Shown: in pieces, positions 53,961-64,000 of the stretch
Layout: every line of letters begins with the position of its first letter
Position numbering within the stretch: the first letter of the stretch is position 1
From: an uncultured Gemmatimonadales bacterium
GTDB taxonomy: Bacteria > Gemmatimonadota > Gemmatimonadetes > Gemmatimonadales > GWC2-71-9
Direction: 5' to 3'
Length of the DNA stretch: 64,000 bases
NCBI GenBank assembly: GCA_963810185.1
Contig: CAWEMJ010000005.1
Coordinates: 7,931-71,930 of the forward strand
Notes under the pieces: model-generated
Seen by the model: only the letters and a program-made list of their open reading frames with translations
Database searches by the model: none
Told to the model about the DNA's origin: nothing
Position numbers and translations under genes: made by a program

Positions 53961-55055
53961 GTGGCACAGCGGGATTTTTACCAGGTCCTCGGCGTGCCCG
54001 ACTCGGCCACCACGGTCGAGATCAAGAAGTCCTACCGCCGGCTGGCCAAGCAGCACCACCCGGACGCCAACCCGAACAACCCGGCCGCAGCCGAGCGCTT
54101 CAAGGAAATCTCCGAAGCGCATTCGGTGCTGTCCGACGCCGAGAAGCGCAAGAAGTACGACCAGATGCGGCGACTGGGGGCCTTCGAGCCGCGCGCCGGG
54201 CGCGGGGCGGCGGGGCAGCGGGGCGGCGCGGCCGGTGGGCAGGGACAGACGGCCGAGAACTTCGAGTTCGGGGATCTAGGCGGCCTCGGCGACATCTTCT
54301 CGTCGATTTTCGGCCGGGGGCGCCGCGAGGAGCCGGTGGCCGAACATCTCGAGGCCCACGTCGAGGTGCCGTTCCGCGTGGCCATGTTCGGCGGCAAGGT
54401 CCCTGTCACCCTTCCCGTGACTGAGGCCTGCGCCACCTGCAAGGGCACCGGAGCCGCGGCGGGCGCCAAGGTCGCCACGTGCGACGAGTGCAACGGCCGG
54501 GGCTCGATTTCCTTCGGTCAGGGGGGCTTTGCCGTCAATCGCCCCTGTCCCAAGTGCCGCGGCAAGGGCACAGTCCCCTCGGAGCGCTGCCCGACCTGCG
54601 GCGGGGCGGGCGATACCCGCATCGAGCGGCGCGTCATGATCACGGTGCCGCCGCTGACGGAGAGCGGCGCCAAGGTGCGGTTGAAGGGCCAGGGGCAGCC
54701 GGGGCGGGGCGGCGGGCAGGCGGGCGACCTGATCGTGGTGTTCACCGTCGAGCCGGATCGCTTCTTCCAGCGGGACGGGCTCGACCTGCTGTGCGAAGTG
54801 CCGATTAATCTCGCGCAGGCGCTGCTCGGGACCCGGCTACGGGTCCGGACGCTGGATGGAAAGAAGCTCGTCCTCAAGGTACCGCCCGGTACGCAGCCGG
54901 GACGGAAATTCCGCATCAAGGGGCAGGGGTTGGAGCGCGGGGAGCGGCGGGGAGATCAGATCGTGGCGGTGCGGGTGGAGTTGCCCGAGCATCTGACGCC
55001 CGAGCAGGAAGCGCTGGCCCGGCAGTTGGCCGAGTCCGCGGGGCTCAAGTACTAG
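53961..55055 (+). CDS. dnaJ: Molecular chaperone DnaJ
   Basis: DFYQVLGV...IKKSYRRLAKQHHPDAN; G/F region; four CxxCxGxG motifs (CATCKGTG, CDECNGRG, CPKCRGKG, CPTCGGAG). Confidence 0.95.
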   Translation: MAQRDFYQVLGVPDSATTVEIKKSYRRLAKQHHPDANPNNPAAAERFKEISEAHSVLSDAEKRKKYDQMRRLGAFEPRAGRGAAGQRGGAAGGQGQTAENFEFGDLGGLGDIFSSIFGRGRREEPVAEHLEAHVEVPFRVAMFGGKVPVTLPVTEACATCKGTGAAAGAKVATCDECNGRGSISFGQGGFAVNRPCPKCRGKGTVPSERCPTCGGAGDTRIERRVMITVPPLTESGAKVRLKGQGQPGRGGGQAGDLIVVFTVEPDRFFQRDGLDLLCEVPINLAQALLGTRLRVRTLDGKKLVLKVPPGTQPGRKFRIKGQGLERGERRGDQIVAVRVELPEHLTPEQEALARQLAESAGLKY

Positions 55056-57159
55056 GCAGGCGCCCCGCCAGCTCCACCAGCCGCTTGTGGGTGGCAAGTT
55101 CTTCGCCCGCCGATGCCGGCTGGCGCTGCTGGTAGGTCCCGTCGGGCAGCAGGTCCCACGCCTGGCGGTTGTCTTCCCACATCAATTCCAGCACGTCACG
55201 CATGGTCCGCCGGTGGTGGGGATCCTCGATCGGGACCACCGCCTCGACGCGCCGGTCCAGGTTGCGGGGCATCCAGTCGGCGGATCCGATGTAGACCTCG
55301 TCGGCGCCCCCGTTGTGGAACCAGAACGCCCGGCTGTGCTCGAGGAAGCGCCCGACGATGCTGATCACCCGGATGTTGTCGCTCACCCCTGCCACGCCAG
55401 GGCGGAGGCAGCAGATGCCCCGGACGATCAGTTGCACCTGCACCCCCGCCCCCGACGCCTCGTACAGCTCGTGGATGATGCCGGGATCGACCAGCGCGTT
55501 CATCTTGGCCAGGATACGCGCCGGCCGCCCGGCGCGCGCATGCTCGGCCTCGCGCCGGATCATCTCGACGAAGCGCTCCCGCATCGCCCGCGGCGCCACC
55601 AGCAGCTTCCGGAAGCGTTCCGTGACGCCGAAGCCGGTAAGCTCGTTGAAGAGGTCGGTCAGGTCCTCGCCGAGGGCGGGGTCGCACGAAAAGAGGCCGA
55701 AGTCGGTGTACAGGCGCGCGGTGCGCGGGTTGTAGTTGCCGGTGCCGATGTGCACGTACCGCCGGATGTCGTTCCCCTCCCGGCGGACCACCAGCATGAT
55801 CTTGGTGTGGGTCTTGAGCCCCGAGACGCCGTAGCTCACGTGCACGCCGACGTCTTCCAGCCGCTGCGCCCAGATGATGTTGCTCTCCTCGTCGAAGCGC
55901 GCCTGCAGCTCGATCAGCACGGCGACCTGCTTGCCCCGCTCCGCCGCATGGGCCAGCAACCGGGCGATGCTGGAGTCGCCGCCGGTCCGGTACAGCGTGA
56001 GCTTGATGGCCAGGACGTCGGGGTCGTCGGTGGCCTGCTGGACGAACCGCTCCACGGAGGTCTGGAAGCTGTCGTAGGGATGGTGCAGCAGGAGGTCACC
56101 CTCCCGGATCACGTCGAAGACGCTCCGACCGGAGGCCAGGCGCAGCGGTGTCACCGGCAGGAACGGCGGGTCGCGCAACTCGGGCAGGTCGAGGGTCGCC
56201 AGGGACATCAGGTCGGTGCAGTCGAGCAGCCTGGGGATCTCGTAGACGTCGTCGAGCGTGAGGTCGATGCCTTCTTCCTGGAACGCATTGAATTCCGCCA
56301 GCAGCAGCTGCCGGAGTCCGATCGGCGTGCCGACGCCGACCTCCAGCCGCGAGACCTCCGCGAACCGGCGATTGCGCACCTCCTCCTGGATCAGGCTCAG
56401 CAGGTCCTCGGCCTCGTCGTGATCGATCTGGAGGTCAGTGTTCCGCGTGATGCGGAAGGAGTGCCAGCTCAGGATCTCGATGCCGGGGAAGAGCGACTCG
56501 AGATGCGCGCCGATCAACTGCTCCAGCGGTACGAAACGGTGCGCGCCCGGCAGCGCCACCCAGCGCGGCAGGATCTTGGGCACCTTGACCCGCGCGAAGC
56601 GCTCCTCGCCGTCGGCGCCTCGGAGGAATACCGCGAGGGAAATACTGAGGTTCGAGATGTAGGGAAAGGGGTGCGCCGGGTCTACCGCCAGTGGCGTCAG
56701 CACCGGGAAGACGTTCCTGAGGAAGTACTCCTTCAGGTGTGCCCGGTCCTCCGCGGTCGTCTCGGCGAAGTCGAGCAGCAGGTGGACGCCGGACCGCGCG
56801 AGTTCCGGCACGACCTCCTCGAGCAGGCAGCGGTATTGGTCGTCCACCATCCCCCGGACCGCTTGCGCGATCAGGCGCAGCTGCTCGTCCGGGGTCAGGC
56901 CGTCCGCGGTGCGCTCGCTGTACCCGGCGTCCACCTGCCGACGGAGGCCCGCCACCCGCACCTGGAAGAACTCGTCGAGGTTGCCCGCAAAGATGGACAG
57001 GAACTTGAGCCGCTCGAGTAGCGGCGTGCGGGAGTCCTGCGCCTCGTGGAGCACCCGCCGGTTGAACTCCAACCAGGAGAGCTCCCGGTTGAAGTAGAGT
57101 CCGGCATGCGTGAGGTCGGGTGGAACCCTCGGGGCGGAGACGTGTGCAGGGGATGTCAT
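55045..57159 (-). CDS. ppk: Polyphosphate kinase 1
   Basis: 704 aa: LYFNRELSWLEFNRRVLHEAQD...PLLERLKFL.IF..NLDEFF.VR...; a C-terminal HKD-like pair. Its 3' end overlaps the dnaJ 3' end by 11 nt. Confidence 0.95.
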   Translation of the reverse strand: MTSPAHVSAPRVPPDLTHAGLYFNRELSWLEFNRRVLHEAQDSRTPLLERLKFLSIFAGNLDEFFQVRVAGLRRQVDAGYSERTADGLTPDEQLRLIAQAVRGMVDDQYRCLLEEVVPELARSGVHLLLDFAETTAEDRAHLKEYFLRNVFPVLTPLAVDPAHPFPYISNLSISLAVFLRGADGEERFARVKVPKILPRWVALPGAHRFVPLEQLIGAHLESLFPGIEILSWHSFRITRNTDLQIDHDEAEDLLSLIQEEVRNRRFAEVSRLEVGVGTPIGLRQLLLAEFNAFQEEGIDLTLDDVYEIPRLLDCTDLMSLATLDLPELRDPPFLPVTPLRLASGRSVFDVIREGDLLLHHPYDSFQTSVERFVQQATDDPDVLAIKLTLYRTGGDSSIARLLAHAAERGKQVAVLIELQARFDEESNIIWAQRLEDVGVHVSYGVSGLKTHTKIMLVVRREGNDIRRYVHIGTGNYNPRTARLYTDFGLFSCDPALGEDLTDLFNELTGFGVTERFRKLLVAPRAMRERFVEMIRREAEHARAGRPARILAKMNALVDPGIIHELYEASGAGVQVQLIVRGICCLRPGVAGVSDNIRVISIVGRFLEHSRAFWFHNGGADEVYIGSADWMPRNLDRRVEAVVPIEDPHHRRTMRDVLELMWEDNRQAWDLLPDGTYQQRQPASAGEELATHKRLVELAGRLPST

Positions 57160-57302
57160 CGGACCGGCAATCTACCCAGGAGAGCAGGGGGCGGGAAGGT
57201 CTGTCACGAACGTGTAACACGTTGGAGTGGAACGCCTTAGAGAAAAACGCCGGCCCCGGAAGCGTCTCCGGGACCGGCGTTTCCACGTGCTTCGACCTTC
57301 TA

Positions 57303-57391
57303 TGTCATTGCGAGGAGGCCCCGTCAGGGGTCGACGAAGCAATCTCGGCCCGGATTGCTTCGGCCGCTACGCGGCCTCGCAATGACAGAAG
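57303..57391. repeat. Inverted pair of family C repeats
   Basis: TGTCATTGCGAGGAGGCCCCGTCAGGGGTCGACGAAGCAATCTCGG-CCCGGATTGCTTCGGCCGCTACGCGGCCTCGCAATGACAGAAG. Confidence 0.85.
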
Positions 57392-57397
57392 GGATTA

Positions 57398-58309
57398 CTA
57401 GGGATCAGCGCGATACGGAAAGGCCCAGAGGTTGGACCGGTAGTTGTCACCGGACTGGGTCTGGAGCGTCTCCGAATCGATGGCATCCACCGCCATCCGG
57501 GCGATCCCCGCCCGGCGCACGATCCAGCCGATGGTCCAGGTGCCATCCCCGTTGTTCTGCATCGGGATGCGGAACCAGGCGTCCCGGTCGGCCCGGCAGT
57601 GGCGCACGTGGAGGAAGAGCTGCGTCGGTGGCGCCAGGTCGGTGCCCGTCGTGTTGGTGACGGCCACCGTGACCACCACGCTGTCGCCGATGTGGAGCTG
57701 CGGCACGCCGCCATCGACCGGGAAGAGCCGGTTCGGGTCGGTCACGGTACCGACGGGGGCGCCGTTGACCGAGACGGCCAGCGAGGTGATCTCGACCGTG
57801 CGCTTCGCGGGATCGGTATCGACGATGTTCCCGATGCTCATGGCGACGAGCCGCCAGCCACGGGGAGCGAGCGTGTCCTTCACGAACACGGCGCGGTGCC
57901 GAAGCGTTTCGTGCATCGGCTTGGCGCCCGGATTCGGGATGCTGTCGAACGTGGTATCCACCATGAATCGGCCGTTGAACCGCACGGCGACCGCCACCCT
58001 GGCGGTGTCGCCCTCGATGACGACCACGCGGTCGCGGCTCGGACGCTCCTGTTCGCGGCGCCGCCCCCAGTGGTCCGGGGCGATGTAGGGGTCTCCAGGG
58101 GCTGAGAACAACACGGAAGAGGCAGTGATGACGGGGGAGGCCATCAGGTCGTCGCCGCCGGGATTCTCATCGAAGTACCCGGCCGGGACATCGAGGTAGG
58201 CCTGCTGGACTGCGGCTTGGTCACCGGACACGCCGGTGGGTGTCTCGTCGCTGCAAGCGGTTGCAGCAAGAACAGCGACCGCCAGCAGGGCGGTGGTGTG
58301 AAGTCGCAT
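57398..58309 (-). CDS. Hypothetical lipoprotein
   Basis: MRLHTTALLAVAVLAATAC lipobox. No family recognised. Confidence 0.55.
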   Translation of the reverse strand: MRLHTTALLAVAVLAATACSDETPTGVSGDQAAVQQAYLDVPAGYFDENPGGDDLMASPVITASSVLFSAPGDPYIAPDHWGRRREQERPSRDRVVVIEGDTARVAVAVRFNGRFMVDTTFDSIPNPGAKPMHETLRHRAVFVKDTLAPRGWRLVAMSIGNIVDTDPAKRTVEITSLAVSVNGAPVGTVTDPNRLFPVDGGVPQLHIGDSVVVTVAVTNTTGTDLAPPTQLFLHVRHCRADRDAWFRIPMQNNGDGTWTIGWIVRRAGIARMAVDAIDSETLQTQSGDNYRSNLWAFPYRADP

Positions 58310-58414
58310 CGGAAACTCTCCTGGGTAAGGTCAGGTCGGTTGGGCACTACGCCCCATGGACGGTGACCTCCCAGGAACGTTAAGTGACGGGCGGACCGGC
58401 CGGTGTGACGGGAA

Positions 58415-58810
58415 TCACCCCAGCCCCCGGCGCTGGTCGCCGTTCACGAGCAGGGCCAGCATCAGGCTCACGAGGCCCACCACGAGACCGCCCCAGAAGG
58501 CCGGCCAGAACCCGTCCACCCGGAACCCGAGATTCCAGAGAGCGGCCAGGCGCGCCGTGAGCATCAGCATGACGCCGTTGATGACCAGGGTGAACAACCC
58601 CAGGGTCAGGAGCACCAGGGGGCAGGACAACACCGTGAGGATCGGGCGGAGTACCGCATTCACTACTCCGAACACCAGCGCGACTGCCAACAGCTGAATC
58701 GGCCCGTCCGTGAAGTGAATGCCCGGAATGATCTGCACCGCCGCCGAGAGGGCGATGGTGTTGATCATCCACCGGATGAGGAAGGGCTTCGCGTCAAAGC
58801 GTGGTGGCAT
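58415..58810 (-). CDS. Holin-family-IV-like (DUF360) membrane protein
   Basis: 131 aa: IRWMINTIALSAAVQIIPGIHF...VNAVLRPILTVLSCPLVLLTLGLFTLVINGVML. Confidence 0.7.
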   Translation of the reverse strand: MPPRFDAKPFLIRWMINTIALSAAVQIIPGIHFTDGPIQLLAVALVFGVVNAVLRPILTVLSCPLVLLTLGLFTLVINGVMLMLTARLAALWNLGFRVDGFWPAFWGGLVVGLVSLMLALLVNGDQRRGLG

Positions 58811-58822
58811 GGGAGGGGAGGC

Positions 58823-60859
58823 CTAGGGCGTCGGGCGGAGCGAGGCGTCCAGCCAGTCGAGCACCGTGCCCCACCAGAGGCGGCGGTCGCGCGGGCGCAG
58901 GACGAAGTGGCCTTCGTTCGGGAAATACAGGAACTTGCCGGGCAATCCCCGGAGTCGAAGGGCGGTGTAGGCCTGGAATCCCTCGGACACGTCCACCCGG
59001 TAGTCCTCCTGGCCGTGCACAATCAGCATCGGCGTCTGCCACCGCGACGTGTAGTTGGCCGGGGACCACTTCTCCATCGTGGCCCGGGCCGACGGCATGA
59101 GCGGCGTGCCGCCGAACTCGTGGATGGGGAACCAGAGCTCCTCGGTCGTTCCGGAGAAACTCAGCGGATTGAAGATGCCGTCGTGCGCCACCAGGGTGCG
59201 GAACCGATTCGTCTGGCCCGCCATCCAGTAGATCATGTACCCGCCGTACGAAGCCCCCGCCGCGCCCACCCGGTTGCCGTCGACCCAGGGATTCGCCGCG
59301 ACCACGTCGAGACCCTTCATCAGGTCTTCGTAGGGGTAATCGCCCCAGTGCTGCGAAATGCTGTTGGTGAACGGCTGCCCGTAGCCGGTGCTGCCGTGGA
59401 AATTCACCGCGGCCACGACGTAGCCGCGTGCCGCGAACATCGCGTAGTTCCAGCGCGGGTGCCACTCGTCGTTCCATGCCGACTGCGGTCCGCCGTGAAT
59501 GAGGTACACCAGCGGGTACTTCCTGGACGGATCGAAGTCGGGCGGCTTCAGCAGCCAGCCGAAGACCGAGTCGCCGAGTGCGCCGACGAAGCCGAACGGC
59601 TCGAGCGGACTGAGCGACACGGTGCCCAGCCACTCCTCGTTCAGCCGGGTGACCGGACGCAGTCCGGCACCGCTGTTCCAGTTGGCGGCCCAGACCTCGA
59701 CCGGGCGGTCGGCCGTGCTCCGGACGAACACCATGTCGTCGCCGCGCGGGGGAATGCGCACGCCGTGATTGGTGCCGCCCGAGACCAGCAACGACCGCCG
59801 GCCGGTGCCCACCTCGATCCGGTAGAGTGACACGCCGCCGCGCTCCGGCACCTCCGCAATCAGCGCCCGCGAGTCCGGCGTCCAGCTGATCGCGTCGACG
59901 CTCAGCCCCCACTCGGCGGTGAGCGCCCGCCGGCGGCCGGTGGCTCGCTCGTAGAGCATGACCTGCTGCCGGTCGGCCTCGAAGCCCGGTACCGTCATGG
60001 CCAGATACGCCACGTACCGGCTGTCGGGGGAATAGGCCGGCGAGTTGTCGTTGGCCGGATTCGTGGTGATGGCCTGCCGGCCGCTGCCGTCGGGCCCCAT
60101 CACGTAGATGTCGTTGTTGGTGCTGGTGGCCAGGACAGAATCGGGGTTCAGGACCACCGCCACTTCGGTGCCGAACTGCGAGAGCGCCACGCCCACTCCG
60201 CCGAGGGCCAGGGTGGGCACGTCCCGATCGTAGGGGGTCACATCGGTGCCCACCGAGTCGCCCGGCTCCAGACGGAAGACGTGCTGGCGCAGGCCAACAC
60301 GCCATTCGTTCCAGTGCCGGTAGAACAACTCCGTCCAGATCTTCGCCTCGGTGGGAAAGGCGCCGTTCCGGAGGTCGATTTCCTGTTGGGCGGGCCACTT
60401 CACGTCCTGCACGTAGAAGATCGCCTTGCCGCCCGGCGACACCCAGAACTCCAGGACTCCGCCCGGCGCGGCGGTCACCCGCGTGGGTTCACCGCCGCGG
60501 ATCGGCAGGCGCCAGATCTGGGCGCCGTCGGCCCGCGTGGAGATGTACGACAGCGTCCGACCATCCGCCGACCACCGCGGGGCGCGCTCGCTGCCCGATC
60601 CGGAGGTGGCTTCCCACGTTTCACCCGAGCCCAGGTCCGCCAGCCAGATGCGGCTGCGATTCCGGTTCTCCTCGAGCGAGGCGGTGGTGACCGTGAACGC
60701 CACGAGCTTGCCGTCGGGGGAAGGCTGCGGATCGGACACGGCGCGCACCGCGAGGAAGCTCTCGATGGTGAGCGGGGCCCTGCCGGACTGCGCGTCGGCA
60801 GCCCCGACCCCGAGGGTGCCGGCAGCGACCAGCGTCGCCCACACGATGCGCCGAATCAC
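58823..60859 (-). CDS. S9-family serine peptidase with N-terminal beta-propeller (678 aa)
   Basis: GTG at 60859 ([14 protein letters not shown] signal peptide) overlaps the mnmA stop (GTGA). Propeller repeats (SPDGK, SADGR, SPDSR) and catalytic GASYGGYM. The 252 aa upstream in ORF 58823-61615 are the mnmA antisense. Confidence 0.9.
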   Translation of the reverse strand: MIRRIVWATLVAAGTLGVGAADAQSGRAPLTIESFLAVRAVSDPQPSPDGKLVAFTVTTASLEENRNRSRIWLADLGSGETWEATSGSGSERAPRWSADGRTLSYISTRADGAQIWRLPIRGGEPTRVTAAPGGVLEFWVSPGGKAIFYVQDVKWPAQQEIDLRNGAFPTEAKIWTELFYRHWNEWRVGLRQHVFRLEPGDSVGTDVTPYDRDVPTLALGGVGVALSQFGTEVAVVLNPDSVLATSTNNDIYVMGPDGSGRQAITTNPANDNSPAYSPDSRYVAYLAMTVPGFEADRQQVMLYERATGRRRALTAEWGLSVDAISWTPDSRALIAEVPERGGVSLYRIEVGTGRRSLLVSGGTNHGVRIPPRGDDMVFVRSTADRPVEVWAANWNSGAGLRPVTRLNEEWLGTVSLSPLEPFGFVGALGDSVFGWLLKPPDFDPSRKYPLVYLIHGGPQSAWNDEWHPRWNYAMFAARGYVVAAVNFHGSTGYGQPFTNSISQHWGDYPYEDLMKGLDVVAANPWVDGNRVGAAGASYGGYMIYWMAGQTNRFRTLVAHDGIFNPLSFSGTTEELWFPIHEFGGTPLMPSARATMEKWSPANYTSRWQTPMLIVHGQEDYRVDVSEGFQAYTALRLRGLPGKFLYFPNEGHFVLRPRDRRLWWGTVLDWLDASLRPTP

Positions 60860-61914
60860 TGGATGACCCCGCCGCCGAGCACCTGGTTGTCGGCGCCGTA
60901 CAGGACGCCCGATTGCCCCGGTGAGATGGCCCGACCCGGCGTGTCGAGGAGCAGGGAGACGCCGTCGTCGCTGCGCGCCGTGACAGTGGCGTTGATGGCG
61001 CGGGCCCGGTACCGGATCTGCACCCCGCACTGGCTCCCCGCGGTGAGCGGCGCCGCCAGCCAATTGACCTCGCCCAGCGTGAGCCGGTGGCCCTCGAGCG
61101 CCTGCTCCGGCCCGATCACCACTTCGCGGCGCTCCGGCCGGATGGCGACCACGTACATCGGCTCGGCGAATCCCCCGGGGAGGCCGCGGCGCTGGCCCAC
61201 GGTGTAGCGCGCGAACCCGTCGTGCTGGCCGACGACCTCGCCGGCGACCGTCGTGAGCGGGCCGGGCGTCAGCGCCGGGGCGTCGGCGGGCAGGTGCTGT
61301 TCGAGGACGCCGACATAGTCGTCGTCGGGCACGAAGCAGATTTCCACCGACTCGGGCTTGTCCGCCGTAGCCAGGCCGAGCCGGCGGGCCATGGCCCGGG
61401 TCTCCTCCTTCGTGGAGGTCCCGACCGGCGTCAGCATCCGCGCCACCACGGCCCGGTCGATGCCCCAGAGGAAGTAGCTCTGGTCCTTCGCGGCGTCCTC
61501 GCCGCGATACAGCGCGCCGTCGCGGGCCACCGCGTAGTGACCGGTGGCCAGGTAGTCGCAGTCGAGGGCGTCGGCATGGGCCAGGAGGTCGCGAAACTTG
61601 GTGAACGAGTTGCACCGCACGCAGGGGATCGGTGTGCGGCCGCGGCTGTACTCCGACACGAAGTTCTGGATGACGTGCAGCGAAAACCGGTCTTCGAGGT
61701 TGAGCACGTAGTGCGGAATGCCGAGCGTGTGGGCCACGTCGCGGGCGTCGTTGATCGAATCGAGGGAGCAGCAGGGGCGGTCGGGCACCGAGTCGCCGTA
61801 GCAGAAGAGCTTCATCGTGGCGCCGACGACGTCGTAGCCCTGCTCGACCAGCAGCGCCGCGGCCACGGAACTGTCCACGCCGCCCGACATGGCGACCAGC
61901 ACGCGCTTAGGCAC
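60856..61914 (-). CDS. mnmA: tRNA 2-thiouridine(34) synthase
   Basis: [15 protein letters not shown]...GATMKLF...[19 protein letters not shown]...F..EY..GRTP.PC..CN. Confidence 0.95.
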   Translation of the reverse strand: MPKRVLVAMSGGVDSSVAAALLVEQGYDVVGATMKLFCYGDSVPDRPCCSLDSINDARDVAHTLGIPHYVLNLEDRFSLHVIQNFVSEYSRGRTPIPCVRCNSFTKFRDLLAHADALDCDYLATGHYAVARDGALYRGEDAAKDQSYFLWGIDRAVVARMLTPVGTSTKEETRAMARRLGLATADKPESVEICFVPDDDYVGVLEQHLPADAPALTPGPLTTVAGEVVGQHDGFARYTVGQRRGLPGGFAEPMYVVAIRPERREVVIGPEQALEGHRLTLGEVNWLAAPLTAGSQCGVQIRYRARAINATVTARSDDGVSLLLDTPGRAISPGQSGVLYGADNQVLGGGVIQ

Positions 61915-63085
61915 GCCCGAGCACCCCCGCCAGCTTGCGCACCTTGGCCACCACGCCGGGAAACACCTCCGCCGCCCGGTCGATGTCGGCCGGGACGGTC
62001 TCCCGGCCCAGCGAGAAGCGCACCGTGCAGAGCGCCCACTCCCGGGGGACGCCCATGGCCGTCAGGACGTGCGACGGCTCGGCCGCGCCGGTGTTGCAGG
62101 CGGAGCCCCCTGAGGCCGCGATCCCTTGCAGGTCGAGGTGCATCAGCAGCGCCTCGGCGTCGGCCCCCGGGATGGCCATGCTGAGCACGTGCGGCGCGCG
62201 GGGACCGTCTTCCGCAATCCAGACTGCGTCGGGAATGGCGCTCCGGATGCGGCCGGCCAGGTCATCGCGCAGCGCGCCGAGTCGCGTAGCCTTGGCGGCC
62301 TGCTCCCCGGCGGCGAGCTCTGCGGCGCGGCCGAGCGCCACCGAGCCGGCGACATTCTCGGTGCCGGGGCGCAAGCCGAACTGCTGGCTGCCGCCATGAA
62401 TGATCGCTTCGATGGCCGCCCGGCTGCGGACGACCAGCGCACCAATCCCCTTCGGAGCGCCGATCTTGTGGCCCGACAGGGTGAGCAGGGTGGCGTCGAC
62501 GGCTTCGAGGGAGACGGGGAGCTGGCCAAACGCCTGCACCGCGTCGGTGTGGAACATCGCGCCGGCCGCGCGGCATCGGCGACCGATCTCCTCCACCGGC
62601 TGAATGGTGCCCACCTCGTTGTTCACCCACATGACGGAGACGACGGCCGGCTGAGCCTCGAGGACGCGGTCGAGCGCGGCCAGGTCGAGGAGGCCGCGGC
62701 CGTCCACCGGGAGAATCGATTCGGAGCCGCCCAGCCGCGCGACCGCGTGGGCGGCGGCCAGCACCGCCTTGTGGTCGGTGGAACAGACCGCGGCGTGCAT
62801 CGGTCGTCCGGCGGATCCCGCGGCGAGCGACGCGCCGACCACCGCGAGATTGTCGGCCTCCGTGCCGCCGGAGGTGAAGATCACCTGGCTCGGCTCGGCA
62901 CCGACGGCCGCGGCGACCTTGCGCCGCGCTTCCTCGACCCCGGCCCGCGCCGTACGGCCAAACCCGTGCGCGCTCGCCGGGTTCCCGAAAGCGGCCGGCC
63001 CCAGGAACGGGAGCATGGCTTCGAGAACCTCGGCGCGCACCGGCGTGGTGGCGGCGTGGTCGAGATAGACCGGGGGAGGCGACAT
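61907..63085 (-). CDS. Cysteine desulfurase (NifS/IscS family)
   Basis: ATG at 63085: [11 protein letters not shown]...[10 protein letters not shown]...HTDAVQA...[14 protein letters not shown]...SGGSACN. 8-nt overlap with the mnmA start. Confidence 0.9.
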   Translation of the reverse strand: MSPPPVYLDHAATTPVRAEVLEAMLPFLGPAAFGNPASAHGFGRTARAGVEEARRKVAAAVGAEPSQVIFTSGGTEADNLAVVGASLAAGSAGRPMHAAVCSTDHKAVLAAAHAVARLGGSESILPVDGRGLLDLAALDRVLEAQPAVVSVMWVNNEVGTIQPVEEIGRRCRAAGAMFHTDAVQAFGQLPVSLEAVDATLLTLSGHKIGAPKGIGALVVRSRAAIEAIIHGGSQQFGLRPGTENVAGSVALGRAAELAAGEQAAKATRLGALRDDLAGRIRSAIPDAVWIAEDGPRAPHVLSMAIPGADAEALLMHLDLQGIAASGGSACNTGAAEPSHVLTAMGVPREWALCTVRFSLGRETVPADIDRAAEVFPGVVAKVRKLAGVLGRA

Positions 63086-63099
63086 GGAGGGAAAGATAC

Positions 63100-63816
63100 C
63101 TACATGCTGGCGACGTCGAGCGCGAGCACGTCGTCGATTCGGACGGTTTCCTGGGTGAAGTAGGGCTCCCCGAAGCGGGTGCGGATCAGCGAGCCGTAGT
63201 GCGCGTTCTGCGTCTCGACCAGCCCGTAGAGGTCCTGGCCGGTGGGAAAGATCTCTCCCGCCGCCTTGGCGCCGTCGAACTGGCTGGCGTAACAGCGGAT
63301 GGCCGCGAGCTTCCGCTCGAATTGCGCGCTGATGTCCACCACGAAGGTCGGCTTGACCGGGTCCTCTCGGTAGCTCAGCGCGTAGAGGATCTTGTGCGGG
63401 CGGTGGGGCTCGCCCGGGGCGTCGTACTTGCCGAGCCCCGCCAGGAAGCAGGCATCCCGGCCCAGCTCCGAGGCGATGCGATGGTCGGGATGACGGCCCA
63501 CCGGGAAGGGAAGGATCACGACCCGCGGCCGGAAGTGACGAATCTCCGCGACCACCACCCGCCGCGCCTCCTCGGAATTCTGGAGGTGCGCGTCGGGGAG
63601 GCCGGCGTTCCGGCGCTCGGACACCCCGAGGATCTTCGCGGCGGCGGCCGCCTCGGCGGCGCGCAGGTCGGCGCTGCCCCGGGTGCCGCTCTCGCCGGCG
63701 GTCAGGTCGAGGATGCCGGCGGAGTGCCCCTGGTCGATGGCCCGCAGCAGGGTGCCGGCACACGTGAGCTCGACGTCGTCGCGGTGGGCCGCGATGGCCA
63801 GGATGTCTGTGGTCAT
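63100..63816 (-). CDS. PIG-L family deacetylase (BshB1-like)
   Basis: DILAIAAHRDDVELTCAGTL...ILDLTAGESGTRG...HPDH. Confidence 0.8.
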   Translation of the reverse strand: MTTDILAIAAHRDDVELTCAGTLLRAIDQGHSAGILDLTAGESGTRGSADLRAAEAAAAAKILGVSERRNAGLPDAHLQNSEEARRVVVAEIRHFRPRVVILPFPVGRHPDHRIASELGRDACFLAGLGKYDAPGEPHRPHKILYALSYREDPVKPTFVVDISAQFERKLAAIRCYASQFDGAKAAGEIFPTGQDLYGLVETQNAHYGSLIRTRFGEPYFTQETVRIDDVLALDVASM

Positions 63817-63833
63817 AGGGAGGGAAAATAGCG

Positions 63834-63865
63834 GGGAAGCAGGGAAGCGCGAGGTCCTGCTTCCC
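63834..63865 (-). terminator. Hairpin plus short T-tract after the permease gene
   Basis: Minus strand: GGGAAGCAGG-12 nt-CCTGCTTCCC followed by CGCTATTTTCC. Confidence 0.4.
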
Positions 63866-63868
63866 GGG

Positions 63869-64000
63869 CTACTCGTGCCGCAACGCCTCGATCGGGTCCA
63901 TCCTGGCGGCCTTGTTGGCCGGGTAGAGCCCGAACCCGAGCCCGATGCCGACCGAGACGGCGGTCGCCAGCACGGCGCTCCAGAGGGGCACCGAGGACTG
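63869..64000 (-). CDS. FtsX-like ABC transporter permease, C-terminal fragment (5' end outside window)
   Basis: Reverse translation: ...[26 protein letters not shown]. Confidence 0.7.
   Translation of the reverse strand, partial: QSSVPLWSAVLATAVSVGIGLGFGLYPANKAARMDPIEALRHE

Noticed and set aside
58415-58810. The holin-family-IV-like gene as evidence of a prophage.
   Set aside because: No phage structural, lysis, integrase or terminase genes are nearby. This family is common as a chromosomal membrane protein.
60860-61615. N-terminal extensions of the S9 peptidase ORF (to 61615) and of the cysteine desulfurase ORF (63086-63763).
   Set aside because: The extensions are Arg/Pro-rich antisense readings of mnmA and of the PIG-L deacetylase. 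Internal starts give normal N-termini and 4-8-nt operon overlaps.

Overview
High-GC (roughly 65-70%) bacterial chromosome segment; the protein signatures (TolB-like/TPR Ser/Thr kinases, MglAB, Kir-type channel) suggest a Gemmatimonadota- or Acidobacteriota-like organism, but that is inference only. The window has two parts. (1) About 1-30 kb is accessory-like. It holds four Ser/Thr kinases (one shattered), an ECF sigma, four toxin-antitoxin-like pairs (DUF4160/DUF2442, two higBA, Gp49-like/XRE), GGDEF and HD-GYP c-di-GMP genes, two K+ channels and many small lipoproteins. Nine same-orientation copies of a ~45-bp hairpin repeat are scattered through it. (2) About 30-64 kb is core: ispG, pyk-pgi-fba, SRP RNA-dnaX-ybaB-recR, mglBA, pgsA, cinA, grpE-dnaJ, ppk, mnmA and a cysteine desulfurase. 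A five-gene chaperone-usher-like pilus operon (41.1-46.5 kb) interrupts the core and cannot be read in a single frame. The main non-genic signals are four short palindromic repeat families, a 16-copy GCTGCCCC octamer array directly upstream of the SRP RNA, and a 10-copy CAGTCCT heptamer array directly upstream of ispG. The same octamer also appears inside protein linkers, and frameshifts are distributed very unevenly across the window. No tRNA, rRNA, CRISPR, transposase or integrase was seen. All calls come from reading the sequence and the ORF track; no searches were run.
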